A stretch of DNA of 64,000 nucleotides from NCBI RefSeq assembly GCF_963921235.1, contig NC_086109.1, positions 18,354,001 to 18,418,000 of the forward strand, read 5' to 3'. Below are positions 14,060 through 27,191 of the stretch, piece by piece; the stretch's first letter is position 1, and the number at the start of each line of letters is the position of its first letter. Made by a program: the position numbers and the translations under genes. The DNA comes from Mobula hypostoma (Eukaryota). The notes under the pieces were generated by a model. It did no database searches. It was not told the origin of the DNA and saw only the letters and a program-made list of their open reading frames with translations.

Positions 14060-14765
14060 CTGGGGCTTTGTTCCCCAGAGTACTGGAGAATGAGGCGAGA
14101 TTCAAAATTATGAGGGGTGTAGATAGATAGGGCTAAACCGGGTGAGGGGAGACAACAGGCCTCATACCCTGGTGAGATAGGGACATGCCTGTCCTAGCTT
14201 GCAAAGTCAGCTCCAGCGGACCGGGCAGATGAGATCTACAGTGAGACCCAATGCCTAGGAATGTGGCACAGCAATGCTCTGAAGAGAGCGATGGGCATGA
14301 CAAGGTACAGAAGACATCATGGTCAACCCCAGTTTGTGATGCATGATTGACTCACTGAACCCGGACTTCTGAAGTTGACAGAGTGGCTCTGCTCCAGAGC
14401 AAAACTCTCCCGTACAGGTCTCCTGTCATCATAGGACTTGATGGGACAACCACCACCGGATTGGCAAGCAGGCCTTTTCCACTGAGGTTGGATGAGACTA
14501 GAAGTAGAAGTTAAGGGTGAAAGGTGAAAAGTTTAAGGGGAACATGAGGGAGAACTTCTTCACTTAGGGGGTGGTGAGAGCATCGAACCAGCTGTCAGTG
14601 GAAGTGGTGGATGTGGGTTCAATTTCAACATATTCGGATAGGCACATGGATGGAATGGGCATGGGGGGGGGTGCTATGGCCCAGGTGCAAGTCGATGGGA
14701 CTAGGCAGAGTAAAGGACTAGAAGGGCCAAAGGGCCTGTTTCTGTGCTGTTCTACTCTAGACTCC
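14060..14765 (+). mobile_element. CR1 3' fragment interrupted by an RTE-like/SINE insertion (~14138-14460)
   Basis: The CR1 end (ggagaatgaggcgag...gggaacatgagggagaacttcttcac...gggccaaagggcctgtttctgtgctgt) is split by unrelated GC-richer sequence. Confidence 0.6.
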
Positions 14766-15598
14766 TGGAAACTCCAGACCAATTTTAAAAGTTGAGCAAC
14801 CCCAAAATGTAGAGACTTTGGAGGAGCCAGAGGTGGGTAAATTGAATTTGAATTTAACAGAAATTAGTGAATGTGAGCCTGCTGATTCTTATAAAGCCCT
14901 AAATCTGCCTTATAAATAAACCCATTCCACTCCAAAATCTGGCATCTATATCTAAATGGGGACCCGGACCCAGGGCTGTGTGTGTGAAATGGCTGTGTTT
15001 ATTAGCTCCCTTAGAAGACCCAACAATCCACACAATTCAGAGGAATTCAGGGCAGACAATAGACACTGCTTTAGACATTGCTGTTCAGGGGTCATGAATA
15101 AATAAGTAGGTAAGCACAACTTTTGGTTTTCATCCTAAAATTATTTCTCCTCCAGTAATTTTCTAGCCACTGCAACTGCAGAGAACTAAAGAATTTTGCC
15201 AGCTCCTTTCAGCTGCTATAAAGCGTTCTAGGCATTTGAAAGAATGAAAAACTAGGGGACACATTTTGTAGACAAGAGTCCATGAACAGCAAGGTGACAG
15301 CAAACATTTCATTTGCTTTAATGGTGCCAATTGAGCAATACTTTAGGCAAGACACATAATAAAACTCCACCTATTGTTCAAAATGATAGTGCCTTGTTGG
15401 TGTTGCATATAACATACAGCATAAGGAAACAGCAGGAGCAGGCCACCTCGCCACTCAAGCTCACCCCGCATTCAGTGTGATAATGGCACATCTATGCTCT
15501 CAACTCCTCTTCTGTGCCAGCTCCCCAAAGCCCTCAGCTCTCCAATCTTTTTCAAGACTTTTATCCATCTCCACCTTAAACATACTTAATGATCAGGC

Positions 15599-15656
15599 AA
15601 CACACATAAAAATTGCTGGCGAATGCAGCAGGCCAGGCAGCATCTATAGCATCTAT
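15599..15656. mobile_element. 58-bp PLE-family fragment inserted in a CR1 relic
   Basis: Same sequence as the 2164 family arm; 13-bp direct repeat TTAATGATCAGGC at 15586-15598 and 15657-15669. Confidence 0.75.
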
Positions 15657-17094
15657 TTAATGATCAGGCCTCCACCACCCTTCAGGGGAGAGGGGGCTGG
15701 GTAGAAAACTCCAGAGATTCACTACCTACAGAGAAAAGAAATTTCTACCCATCTCTGTTTTAAATAACTGGTCCCTTATCTTTTTATTTTAACAATTTGC
15801 TCAAGATTGTCTCACCATAAGCATCTCAACATCTACCCTGTTAAGTCCTTGGGAATTTATAGATCTGAATAAGCTCATCCCTCATTCTTTTAAACTCCAA
15901 GGAATGCAGACTCAAATTATCCAGCCTCTCTTGATAGGGTAACCCTCTCATCTCAGGAATTAGCTCAGTTACCTCCACCTGAGAGCAGAAAGGACTATGG
16001 CCAATGTCCCAACTCAATGCCCATCCTTGCTATAGACGCAGGAATCTTATTGGATGCACCATTCTGGATTATGAGGCTAAGACTTTGGTCTCCCTTGAAT
16101 AATGACCTACCATCTCAGTAGCAAGAGTGCTGACCACTAAGCCACAATGAACAGTAAAGTAATAGCTTGTATATAAAATACAGAATTAAGAAATGAATAT
16201 GCCCCTTTCTGGTATTATTACAAAACTATTGAAGTAGGCTGATTGAAACCATTCTTCAAAAGCTTTGGATAATAATCATTGTCAGATTCAAAGAAGTAAG
16301 ACATTGAATATTGCACTGCTAAAGCCCCCTTCCATCTTCCTGAGCAACATTTGGTGAAAAAAAAATCTAGAAATCCATAAATAATGAGAAATTTCAGCCA
16401 ATAAATAATCTGCTAGGGGAACTCAGTGGGTCAAGCAGAACCTGTGGAGATTGAGGAAGGAGGAATTGCTGACATTGTGGGTCATTTTGCAAGGTTTTGA
16501 CCTGAAATGTCAAAAATCGTCTTTCCCTCTACAGTTACTACTTGGTCCGATAAGTTCATCCAGCAAGTTACTTGCTGCTCCAGATTCCAGCGTCTGCAGT
16601 CACTTGTGCTTCGTGAAATCTCAACCACCTGCTGGTGACCAGAATAGTGTTTGACCACAGTTCTTGTGAAAGTATTTTCCTTTGGACTTAAATGCTTGTT
16701 GCTTTAAATGATGCTGAATTTGTATTAAGCTTTTAGCTTTCTTCAGCAGATAAACTTTAAAACAAGTGGAAAGAGAAATCACCCCTTATATCAACAATGT
16801 AAGAAACTCAAAATAAATAGTGGACAACTGATCACTTGTACCTCTGCTTTTAACTATTCTGCAACCCTGCCATCAGTGGGGAGGATGAGCAGAATTCTCT
16901 CCACCTGATGGCAATGGTGAAGAGCTCCAGAAATGGAAACTATTCCAAGTTATAAGTCATTCTGATGTACAGAATGTAGCTCCCGCCACTCTGCTCCACA
17001 GCGCCCTCCCTTGCATGAATGTGGCATTTTTACTCCACTGGGAAGAAACTCTCACGTCTCCTACATGCTCTGCCTGATCTTTAAGAAAGGCAGT

Positions 17095-17330
17095 CATTGT
17101 TGTACTGTACCTAAGTATTGCAGCCACTCTGTGCACAATAAGGTTCCAAAACAATTAGATAACATCCTGTTTGGTTGAGGCTTTCCTCAACAGAAGTGCC
17201 ACTGTTGGAGAAATGGATATTGACCAAGAGACATTTTCCCTATTCTTGTTTGAAAAATTGTCATGTGACCTCTTATGTCCATCTGAGAAGCAAATGAGGC
17301 ATTGACAACATCCTGAACTCTTGGCTTACA
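17095..17330 (-). mobile_element. Old Deu-domain SINE relic (SacSINE1/AmnSINE-like)
   Basis: Degenerate match, from memory, to the pattern tattggccaggac...ctcttctt...gccatgggatcttttacatccacctgag. Similar relic at ~21360-21650. Confidence 0.45.
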
Positions 17331-17459
17331 CAGCAATGCAATGATGTTTTGAGGCACTATTCATTGTGCCTCATGGACTGAAGCTTATTGGAAACAGCAG
17401 TTATTTTTACAGCTACCAGTACTCTGGATATATTTCTTATTATTTTTGATGCCTTTCTG

Positions 17460-20400
17460 TATAATAAGGGGAAAATATTTATTCTGAAACACAAGGCTTC
17501 AACATTTTGGCTACTATCAATTAAAGGTCAATAAAAGGCCTTAACATTTTGCTTCTTTCCAATTCATCACATGAGCCAAATTGCTTTCTTGGCCTATTAC
17601 ACCACTCTACAGTGCACAAAACAATATTTGCTGTTAAATTTGCTAAAGTGTTCTCTAAGATAATGAGGTACATCAAGGTTCAGTAAGTACAGTTGATCAT
17701 TCCATGGTCACGTATAAAGCAGATTACAGGCAGAGTAAAGCTCTGTCCCAATGCTCAGAATACCTTTACCAAATTAGTATGATAGTTTTCTTGTCTCCAT
17801 GCTAGAAATCCTTGAGATTAGTATAATAATATTTGCAGTTTTTGCATTGTAGACATTTACCTACTGGGCCCATTTTAATGAGCTCACACATTGGGAGAAA
17901 AAAAATCATCAACGTTGCATTAGACTAGATTGGATTCCAACTTGGGCCCAAAAGGTAAAAGGATAATATCTACACCACTCATATCACAGAAAACAGTAAA
18001 CAACTACACAACCCACATCCCTGTAAGTGTAGTTTCACTGATTGATTGCATTGAATTTTCTCCATTTCAAACATTGACTAGAAAAGTTAGTCCACAAACA
18101 ATGAAACCAAAAGGGTTGAACTCTGTGTGACATAAGTGACCAAAGATGACGTTATTTGCTGTAGTTGAGATTGTTCTCCTCGTATGGAGAATGTAAAGGG
18201 AAATTTTTCCAGAGGTGTTGAGAGAGAATGGGATTATTTTGAAAAAAAAGTAATAAGAGCAGGGGTAATTCAGTCCCTTGAGCCAACTCTGCCATTCAAT
18301 AGAGTCTTGGGCCAACTTTTACGTTGGCACTTCTATTTTGTCTCACACTCATTGACTCTCTAATATTCAGAAATCTATAAATCACATTCTTGAATATATC
18401 CAGTGACCAAGCCTCCAAAGCCTTTTTGCCCAGTGATTTGAAAGGCGAAGGAATTTCTTCTCAACTCAATCCTGTCCAAAATTCCTTAGGCTGAACTTGT
18501 GACCCTTGGTTCTATGGCACCCTGGGCATGAAAATACCATCTCTGAATCAATCTTCTCGAACTCTGTAAAGAGATTGCCTCTCATTCTTCTAAACTCCAG
18601 ACTGTTTAAGAGCACTAAACCCAATCTCTCCTGAACTGACAGTTTCTCCACCACAATCTAACTGGTGAAACTTTGCTGTAATCCCAAGCATAGGCAGTGC
18701 CCAAGCTTACATAAGGGCTCTGTTCCTGAGAAATGTCCATAAGCCAATTTCTCCACAGGTCAGAAAAGTGTTTTTATTATACATACACTTGCTATAATTC
18801 TTACATTTTATTGAATAATCACCCCAACATTACCCATGATTAAACTAATAGAATATATGCAATTTTCAGTCATTAACAAACACCATCAATCTCTTTACTA
18901 TTCTTATTTGTGTCCTGAAGAATGCTTTAAAGCTGTATGGGAGAACTTGTATAAAGTTAGATTTCCATAACTCAGTAATTTGCACCCAGGAACCCCTATA
19001 CACACTTGCACTGGAAGAAACAACAGACCTATGTGCTATATTCCACACAATAGTTACAGTGTGGTCTGGAGACTTGGAATACTTGAATAAATCTCTTGGT
19101 GAGTTGGCATAGGTCCAAGGGACTGAATACCTTCTATTGTGATATGATCATGATAAAAAATAATTATTAGTGGCAACAGATTGAATGTTGTGTTTTAAAT
19201 AAGAATTTGAGATGGAAATTTTTAAAAAAGGGAACAAAAGTGGCTTGGTAATGAGACCAAATGGGCAGATCTCTCAAGGAGTCAGTCATGTATAATAGTG
19301 CCTCCTTCATCAATGTGATTGTGCTAACAGAACAGCCAAAGGAGAATCACAAAGGGGATTTGTGTAAGTGAATCCAATTCCAATGTCACAGCGTACAACT
19401 TCAACCCCAGGTTCCATATATGACAAGGGTGTGAAGGTAATTTAAAATTAAATGCATTACACCTTTACATTAACTATGTTGTTAAACAGCACCTATGTAC
19501 AGAAATCCACAAATCACTGGCCAGGCCAAAGGTATAAAGAATCAGTAACTGTAGTGCCAACATGCTCTGATCACTAAAAGCCCAAAGACTGGTTCTCAAT
19601 AAATGGACGTTAATTCATATCAAATAAGCCCTGTTTGGTCAAATAACTGTTCAGTTACATAGACGTAATAATGCATGGCTCTTTACACATTTTAAATTTC
19701 TAAAAAAAAACTCAATAAACATGTATATTTTAAGACACTTCCCTTTTGAAATCCAAATACCATAGAAATCTTGTACAAGAATGTCACTGTAGACACACCT
19801 GTGTCTCATAATCTCTTCAGATGATCTCTCAATTATATTAAAAGAAAAAATAAACATCCAAAGTACTTTCTTTCCAGGTTTAAGGCTATTGAAGGTTACC
19901 CACCTTTGGCCAAGAAGACGGTAGGCAGCTGTTGCCCAGTCTTGCAAACGACACAGTTTTTGTACTGTTGGGATGGATGGTTTCAGTGCTTGCAATAGAT
20001 TGCTTCTTTTAATATTTAAATTCCACCTCTGGACAGCAATATTCAGCAAGACAGCCCTTTTTCTCCCCCAAAATCTTTCCAATAGTATTGTAACTAAAAA
20101 AGGGAAGTCTGCAATGAAAATGCAAAAGAAAACAGTCTTTGAAACCACCCCTGTCATTTCATTTTCCCTTTTACACCATTCACAGCTGTGTCTAGGAGAT
20201 AAATCTTAAATTCCTGCTGACGCCCAGATGATTCTGGAGGGCTACCATCCTTTGACCACAGCAGTAGTGTTCTTCATGGTAGATGGCAACCAGGTTCATA
20301 GTGTCAAAATTCAGTTTAACTGTCAATTTCACAACACAATCATCCCCCTACATTCAACAGAAGCTTCACAAACCTCTTGGTTCAAAGAAACCTTCACAAG

Positions 20401-23400
20401 GCTCTTGGTATAGCCAGTGGCCAATTCCACAACTCAGTCTCCATTTTTGGTTTTAGTAAAATTGTCTTCTGTTCCTCCCTGGTTGTTCCAGCACCAGTTT
20501 CCTATTCCATCTCTTGAGTAAATGTTTATCTTTTTATGAATTCTTAAAAAAGTAAATCAGACATCAAAAAAGACTTTTTTAAAAACTATTTTTCCTCTTC
20601 CATTAATTCCTGAATCTTCGTCTCCGAAATTGTTTGTTCTGAAAGATTCCAATAAATGTTCAGAGTAAGTAATGTGAATATGTTGTAGACATCTCACTCA
20701 CAATCTGTGCATGATTTTGAAAATGGCACAGATGGAATCACAAGTGGTTAATTTCACAGCTCTCTCACATTTTCTATTTCTTCTGAGTTTGAGTATTAGG
20801 AAAGGTCATAGTCCCAACATCCGGAGAATAGGATAGAGAGATTTTCTGACCTACCATTTGTCATACCAGTAGAAATGAATTCCATGATCCTACTGCACAA
20901 TAGCAGGTCACATTCTGAGCAAAACCCAGTTTAGAGCATTTGGAATAGTTCTTTATAAAAGGAGGGTCCTGCCTGCCTATTCCAGCTCACAAGAAGCCAA
21001 CAAAAAGTTTCAACTTCCAGCAAGTCCATCTCCTGGAACTTACTCTCCACCTTAGTTCATTGATATATACTTCACCAGGCCCAGTGAAGCATTGTCTTTA
21101 CTCCATGCAGCCCGGGCCAGCCAGCTTGCTCTCTTCCATGTTCATTAGTGAGTGATAAAGGGGCATTCACATCAAAACGTTTAGCATGCCATCCTCTGCA
21201 GTCAATGCAATTATTACTTGCATCTTGTTCGCATAGTTGGTTAAATCAAAAATTGCTGTCAACACAATATACCTGTGTCCTCGTATCCCAACAGCATCTG
21301 GCAGTTCCGATTCTAGAATCCTTTTCATTTAATTGGACTGGATAACCCCTTGAAGATTGATGATGCTTGCTTTGATACAGTGCTCAAAAGTGCTTTTGTG
21401 TGACTGATTCTTTGTGAAGTGCAGCTCAGGCCGTTTTGGGGGTTGACTAGGCAAGGATTCTATACCTGCAGCCTCTAACAAAGAGCAATGAGATGAACAA
21501 TCAGTTTCCTTAGAGTGAGGAATGTTGGCCAAGGATCTGGGGCAACACCTTGCTCTTTTTCACATCATACCAATGGAACCTTTGTCTTCATTTGAACCCA
21601 AATGAGTGGAAAGGAGCTTGGTTGAACATTGCGTTTCAATACATGGTGACACTGTTCCAAAAGCAAGGGCAAGAAACATCCTCCAAGGACCTGTTTAAAG
21701 ATTTGGACTGAGTGGAACAAGATTGAATCAGACAGGGCTCGGCCACTTATGTTTGGAGCATTGGGATGGATGTCCTACACTGTAGGATTTATTATCCTCT
21801 CCTTAAATATCTATATGCCTAGGCTTCAGAAAATTAGCATTCAGTACCTTAATTGATAAAATACCATTATTACGTTTGAGTAATTAATCCCCTTTTGTTT
21901 TCTTATAAAACATAACCATGTATCACAGAAGGAAGGAAGCTAGCATAATATTACAACTATCCCACCACAGAGAGAGTCTAAGTTCATTTTCTGCTTGGAA
22001 AGATTAGTAGACCGTGCACAAAGCTGCACTAAATCATTTGCAGCAATTATCCTGCAGCCTATAGAAAAATATCGCTGCAAGTAATGATATTTTACCCATC
22101 CAGATCAAATAGGAACAGCTTTGAAGAGTGATGGTTTTTGAAAAAATGGCTTCAAACCTGTCTTCAAAAATGGCTTCACATTCCCTCACCCAACATTATC
22201 TTATGCCTTGAACCGGTTGTTTGAACTCGGCGTATTTTAAATCTATCAGGCAGGGGAGGGATCAGCATAAACTATGAAAGATAGGGAGCAAAATAACCAA
22301 TACATTTTCTGATCCACAGTGGAGGGATAAATGCACTGAAAAATCCCAGCTGTAGGGAGCAGTGTACCGAATCAGAAAAGGGGGAGGTTGGGAAATGGAG
22401 GGAGGGGGGCAAACACACAAAGAAGGAGAAGGAAGACTGAAGAACAGATGCACACAAAGGAGGGAGATGGAAGCATAGGGACACTGAGGAAGAATTTCTT
22501 TAGCTAGACGGTGGTAAATCTGTGGAATTCTTTGCCACAGACATCTGTGGAGGACAAGTTGTAGGGTATATTTAAAACAAAATCTGATAGGCTCTTGATT
22601 AGTAAAGGTGTCAAAGATTACAGGGAGAAGACAGGAGAATGGCTGGACAGGGGTAATAAGTCAGCCACGGTGGAATGGCAGAGCAGGCTGGATGGGTCCA
22701 AGTGGCCTAATTCTGTTCCTATGTCTCAAGGTCTTATGGGACGGAGGATCAATGCACTGAAGGATAGGAGATGGAGGGAGGAACCAATTGTGAAGGTGGC
22801 AGAAGGAGGAATGGACACATCAGCTCACAGGACGAAAAGGGAACCAAAGATGAAATTAATAAATTAGAAGTTAAATGCTCTAGATATGCAGAAATGTTAA
22901 AAAAAAAGAAAATGCTAAAAATACTCAACACATCAGCAGTGTGTGTGGAGGGACAGGGACAGAGCTCAGATCAAAGATGTTTGATTTAATAAAAATGTTC
23001 CCATCCTGAAACAAAAATAACATTTTCAAGTTGATAACCTTTCATTACATCAAACATCTTTGATTATCCCATCACAGAGAGACTCTAGGTTCATTTTCTG
23101 CTTGGAAGGATTCATAGACTGTGCATAAAATTTGCACTAAATCACTCTTGGCAATTCTCCTGCAGCCATTTGAAAAATATCGCTGCAAATAAAGATATTT
23201 TACCCATCCAGATCAAAGGTAGCAATAGAAACCGCTCGGTTAACAAATAAAAACAGGTCAGTCAGAATGTAGCAGTGAAGCTCAGGATTTGAGGATAAGA
23301 CCTTTCTTCACAATGAAAGGTAACCATCTCTCTCTCTCTCTCTGTGCTCTAGACATGTTGAATATTTCCAGTATTTTCTGCTGTTATTCTATGAAACTAA

Positions 23401-24404
23401 TGCAGTTACTAGGAATTTGGCACGATATTCTGCTTTTCAATCTACCAGATCCACAGTGCAAACTTCCACTGGTTATTTGGCAACTGGAATTCTCCAGTCT
23501 TGCACAGCAAGTTCAGCCATCTGCTCCTGAGTGGCGTTCACGAATTACCAAGTGACTGCGCTCACAGCATGTCCCCGAGTCAGCGAGCAGAAGGAGCTCA
23601 GCATGTGGTTGTACCATCCGCCACATACACCACGCAGACTCCAAAACAGGCACCAGTTTGTTAGCTCTAATTCTTAAAGGCATGGGGTCTAAATAATTTT
23701 AAAAAATCAAAGAGATCTGCAGAAGGGAGCTGCAGCAATGATGTGTCGCTGGGCGTCTGTCCAGTCCCCTGACTAACTGTGCCCGAGATTGAATTAACAG
23801 TGCTTGAGACTTGATCAATGAGAGAGCTGGGGGGGGGGGGGGTCTGATCTAAACTGCTCCTCTTTCAGTCATCCAAGATCCTCTTCCATAACACCAATTA
23901 AATCAGTGAATGAGTGGAAATTCAAAGCAGTAACACGGATCTAAACATATGCCACCGGCTCCTTGGACATAAATTCCTCAGACCTACATGCAAGGTCTAT
24001 ATAGGAGGAGCTTCGAAACAAAGTAAAGAAACTTGGCACAGGTATAAAGTCATTGAGGTTTTGATATGCATAAGTGGTCCACCTCTTATCACTTGATAAG
24101 CCATCAAACAATGTCACTGTTGTTTGGATAAGTGGAGTAAGTAAAAGAAGCCGATTCCAAATCAAATTCAGAAAGAAGTAACATGGATATTGTTGCTGCC
24201 TTAGTTACATCAGCATCCAGTGCTGTTCAGGGTTAAGGCCCGCCTCTCCTGATCACTGTTGCCTGTGAAGAACGCTCAAAGGATTAGTTTGCCAGAGACA
24301 TCAGTTCACATTGGCAATTGTCACGGCAGGACCTCACAGTCTTTAACATAGCAGATCCTCCTATAGTGTTGTCAGAGTGGACTGTTGAGTCATGAGTTTC
24401 CTGA
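17460..24404 (-). other. ELK4: Probable long ELK4 3'UTR (end uncertain)
   Basis: Relatively repeat-poor AU-rich sequence follows the stop codon. Candidate minus-strand AATAAA signals (plus-strand tttatt) at 21788-21793, 18807-18812, 18773-18778 and 17478-17483. Confidence 0.4.
21958..23217. repeat. Diverged ~150-bp direct duplication (21958-22109 and 23065-23217)
   Basis: Shared colinear blocks: cacagagaga, ttcattttctgcttggaa, tgcactaaatca, cctgcagcc, gaaaaatatcgctgcaa, gatattttacccatccagatcaaa. Confidence 0.9.
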
Positions 24405-24503
24405 TTAGGCCTTCTGAAGATCTGGAGACAGGGAGGTTGGAGTTGAAGAGCCATCCACATTCGAGAATGGGATCTGCAGTTGGTTGTTGGCTATGTTCGG
24501 AAA
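24405..24503 (-). CDS. ELK4: ELK4 last coding exon, aa 392-423 plus stop (not in the ORF track)
   Basis: Acceptor TACTTTCAG|TTT CCG; encodes FPNIANNQLQIPFSNVDGSSTPTSLSPDLQKA* (TAA at 24407-24405). Splicing completes the FQFP ERK docking motif, and the SPDLQKx end is ELK4-like. Confidence 0.93.
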   Translation of the reverse strand, partial: FPNIANNQLQIPFSNVDGSSTPTSLSPDLQKA

Positions 24504-24699
24504 CTGAAAGTACATAAGAAACAATTATGATATGTGCAGTCCAGACATGTATATTTTCAATTGTACATCTTCAACAGAAACATGCATTTATATGGAACCC
24601 TTAACGTGGCAAAACATCACAGGCACATTTCCAAACAAAATACGATATGTGCAAGTAGTGAGATCTGAAGACTCTATTTTGGATTAATTTTGTGAGGTG

Positions 24700-24810
24700 A
24701 AGGTCACAGGGAGAACATACAACCACTTTACAGACAGTAGTGGGGATTGAATGCCGATCACTGATCGCTGGTGCTGTAAAGCGCTGTGCTAACCAATACA
24801 CTACCACACC
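24700..24810 (-). mobile_element. tRNA-derived SINE 5' fragment in the last ELK4 intron
   Basis: Reverse complement reads gtggtagtgtattggttagcacagcgctttacagcacc...cattcaatccccactactgtctgtaaagtgg, the same head as the copy at 51242. Confidence 0.7.
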
Positions 24811-24918
24811 AGAACCAGGCTGGTGTGGACTAGGTGAATCAAGGGGCCTGAGTCTGTGCTGTGGTACTCTAAATATTCACAGTTCAATCAATCAGGAGAC
24901 TCTACCTCTAATACTTAC

Positions 24919-25035
24919 TTGAAATAAAGTGCTGGTTCCTGTCAACCGGGCTGGACTGAGAGTGGCCACAGGACTTAGAGTACTCCAGAAGTGTATGCTA
25001 GAGAGCAGCGGACTGGGAGTCAGCAAGAAGGGAGT
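24919..25035 (-). CDS. ELK4: ELK4 third coding exon, aa 353-391 (C-box transactivation domain)
   Basis: Acceptor TTTCAG|ACT; encodes [39 protein letters not shown]; donor CAA|GTAAGT; 117 nt. Conserved MAPK S/T-P sites (FWSTLSP, LSP). Confidence 0.95.
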
Positions 25036-27191
25036 CTGAAACAAGTAGAAGAAAGTTAGAACCATCAAAATCGGCCAATCATAGGCCATGGGCTTTATCT
25101 AGTGACGTCAATCTTCCTGCAACACTGGTCTAAAACTTACTCCCTGAAAAGCTGTGGTTATTCTAGAATAAACGAACATTTTCAAGGCTAAATTCACCAA
25201 CTGTAGTTGCATATGTTAACAAAAGGTTGACAAGCCATTCAAAGAAGAAGCTAGGGAAACCTCACTGTAAGCCAAGTCAAAGACTGAGGTCCAGCTCAGT
25301 AATGGAACATTGTGTTTGCAAGCAAAATGTAGGTAACATTAAAACCAGAATGAAATGGTTAATCTATTCAAGAGGCCCAACTTCAGTGAGTGGATCAAGA
25401 TTTGGAAGAAATTTGGAACAGTGGAGGGAGTACAGCAAGGATTCACTCAATGTGAGGTATAGGAGGAGTAGTGTTTGTTACTTCAGAGGTGAAGTGTAAC
25501 AAATTAATGGATGTGCAACATTAGGATAGAACAGATAAAACCAGTGCCCATCTTTTTATATTTCCTTAAGACATAGAATGAGGTCATTTGGCTTTCTATT
25601 AATGATCAACTTTTATATAAAATACTTTTAATAATAACTTTGAAATAAAATACAGTTTTAAAAATACATGTAAATTGGGAATCATTATTCCCAATTAATA
25701 TTAATTAGGAATAATTAATTTGTAATTTACATGTATTAGGAATTTGCATTGGTGTGTTAGTGCAACTTGCAACAAAATCAACATTCAACAATTATAAAGA
25801 ATAAGGAATTATATAAAATATAGAGGTTAAGGTACAGATCTGGATTAAAGTATGTATAAATAAATACCAGCATCTATTTACAATGTAAATAGCATTATAA
25901 AAGGTGGTTTAAAGTGTTTACAGTGTAATTCAGTGACAGCAACGATCGATAGATGGTGCTGGGGGCGGGGGCTAACTAGAATGGTTGATCAGATTAACTA
26001 CCTGGGGGGAGAAACTTCGAAGGTGCCATGAACTTTTTCCTTTAAGAGACTCCATAATATATTGTTTTAGATTTTTTTTTCAAATGCTTACACTTCAGGA
26101 GGAGTTGGTGGCTTGCATATGCAAAGTATTTTATTATACTTTTTGAACTGTTTGTATCTTGAAATGTTAGAGATATGGTGTAGCAATGAATATTTAAAGT
26201 TTCATCAGAACTCTTCCCCAGTGCCTGCCAAGGATCTCAAAGCTGAAACTTTTACTCTGTTTCCCTTTCCGCAGGGGCTGCTTGACCTGGAGGGTGTTCC
26301 CAAACATTTTCTGTTTTTTATTTCAGATATCCAGCATCTGCAGTTTTTCTTTTGATTTACACTGTTGTTTGAAAAGTTAGTCTTCAATTTCTACCCGTAG
26401 TGTGCTTCAAATCTCCTGTGTGGAGGAGAGGATTAGGTGACTCAAAGGCAAGCCTTCTGACCTTGACCAGGGTAAAACCAATGCCAAATTTTCATTGCCA
26501 TTCAATGTGACTGCCTGCCCCTCTCCCGCAGTCACCTCTGTACCACTGTGAACCTCGCATAAGAGCATGCTGACTTCTGCAATGGGTGTTGAGAACTCCC
26601 TCGACTGATAGGTCCTGAGGGAGCACATCTCAGGGTCTTAAAAGGACCGAGTAGTGATATGGCTGATGCACTGGTTTTTAATTTTTAATTTTTCTTTAAA
26701 TTTGGGACACGTTTCTTTAAATTGGAAATTTTAAAAGACAGGGAGTCAGAGAACTTCAAGACATTTAGCTTAACGTCTGTCCGAGGGAACATGTTAGGTG
26801 CAATTATTAAAGGCATTACAGCAGAACATTTACAAACTTTCATGGTGATTAGGCAAAATCAACATGGATTGTGATCAAACTTGATTCTGCCTCCAATTAA
26901 TTGGAGCCACATGGATATAGAACGTGGAAAAGTACAGCATAGTACAGGCTCTTCAGCCCGCTATGCTGTGCCAGCCTCTTAACCTACTCCAATTTCGATC
27001 TAATCCTTCCCTCCCACATAGTCTCATCCATGTGCCTGTCTAAGTGTCCCATAAATATCCTAATCTATCTGCCCCTACCGCGGGCCCCTGGCAGTGCATT
27101 CCACACACCTACCATTCTGTATAAAAACTTCTGACATCCTCCCACACTTTAGTCTAAACAAAGGTCACAGTGTGGGGCGGGATAACATGGG

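Noticed and set aside
19651..20157. 168-aa minus-strand ORF
   Set aside because: No ATG-anchored homology I recognise; AT-rich sequence in the probable 3'UTR.
21958..23217. H/ACA snoRNA or SECIS interpretation of the duplicated module
   Set aside because: No correctly placed H and ACA boxes, and no convincing AUGA/GA quartet with a stem on either strand.
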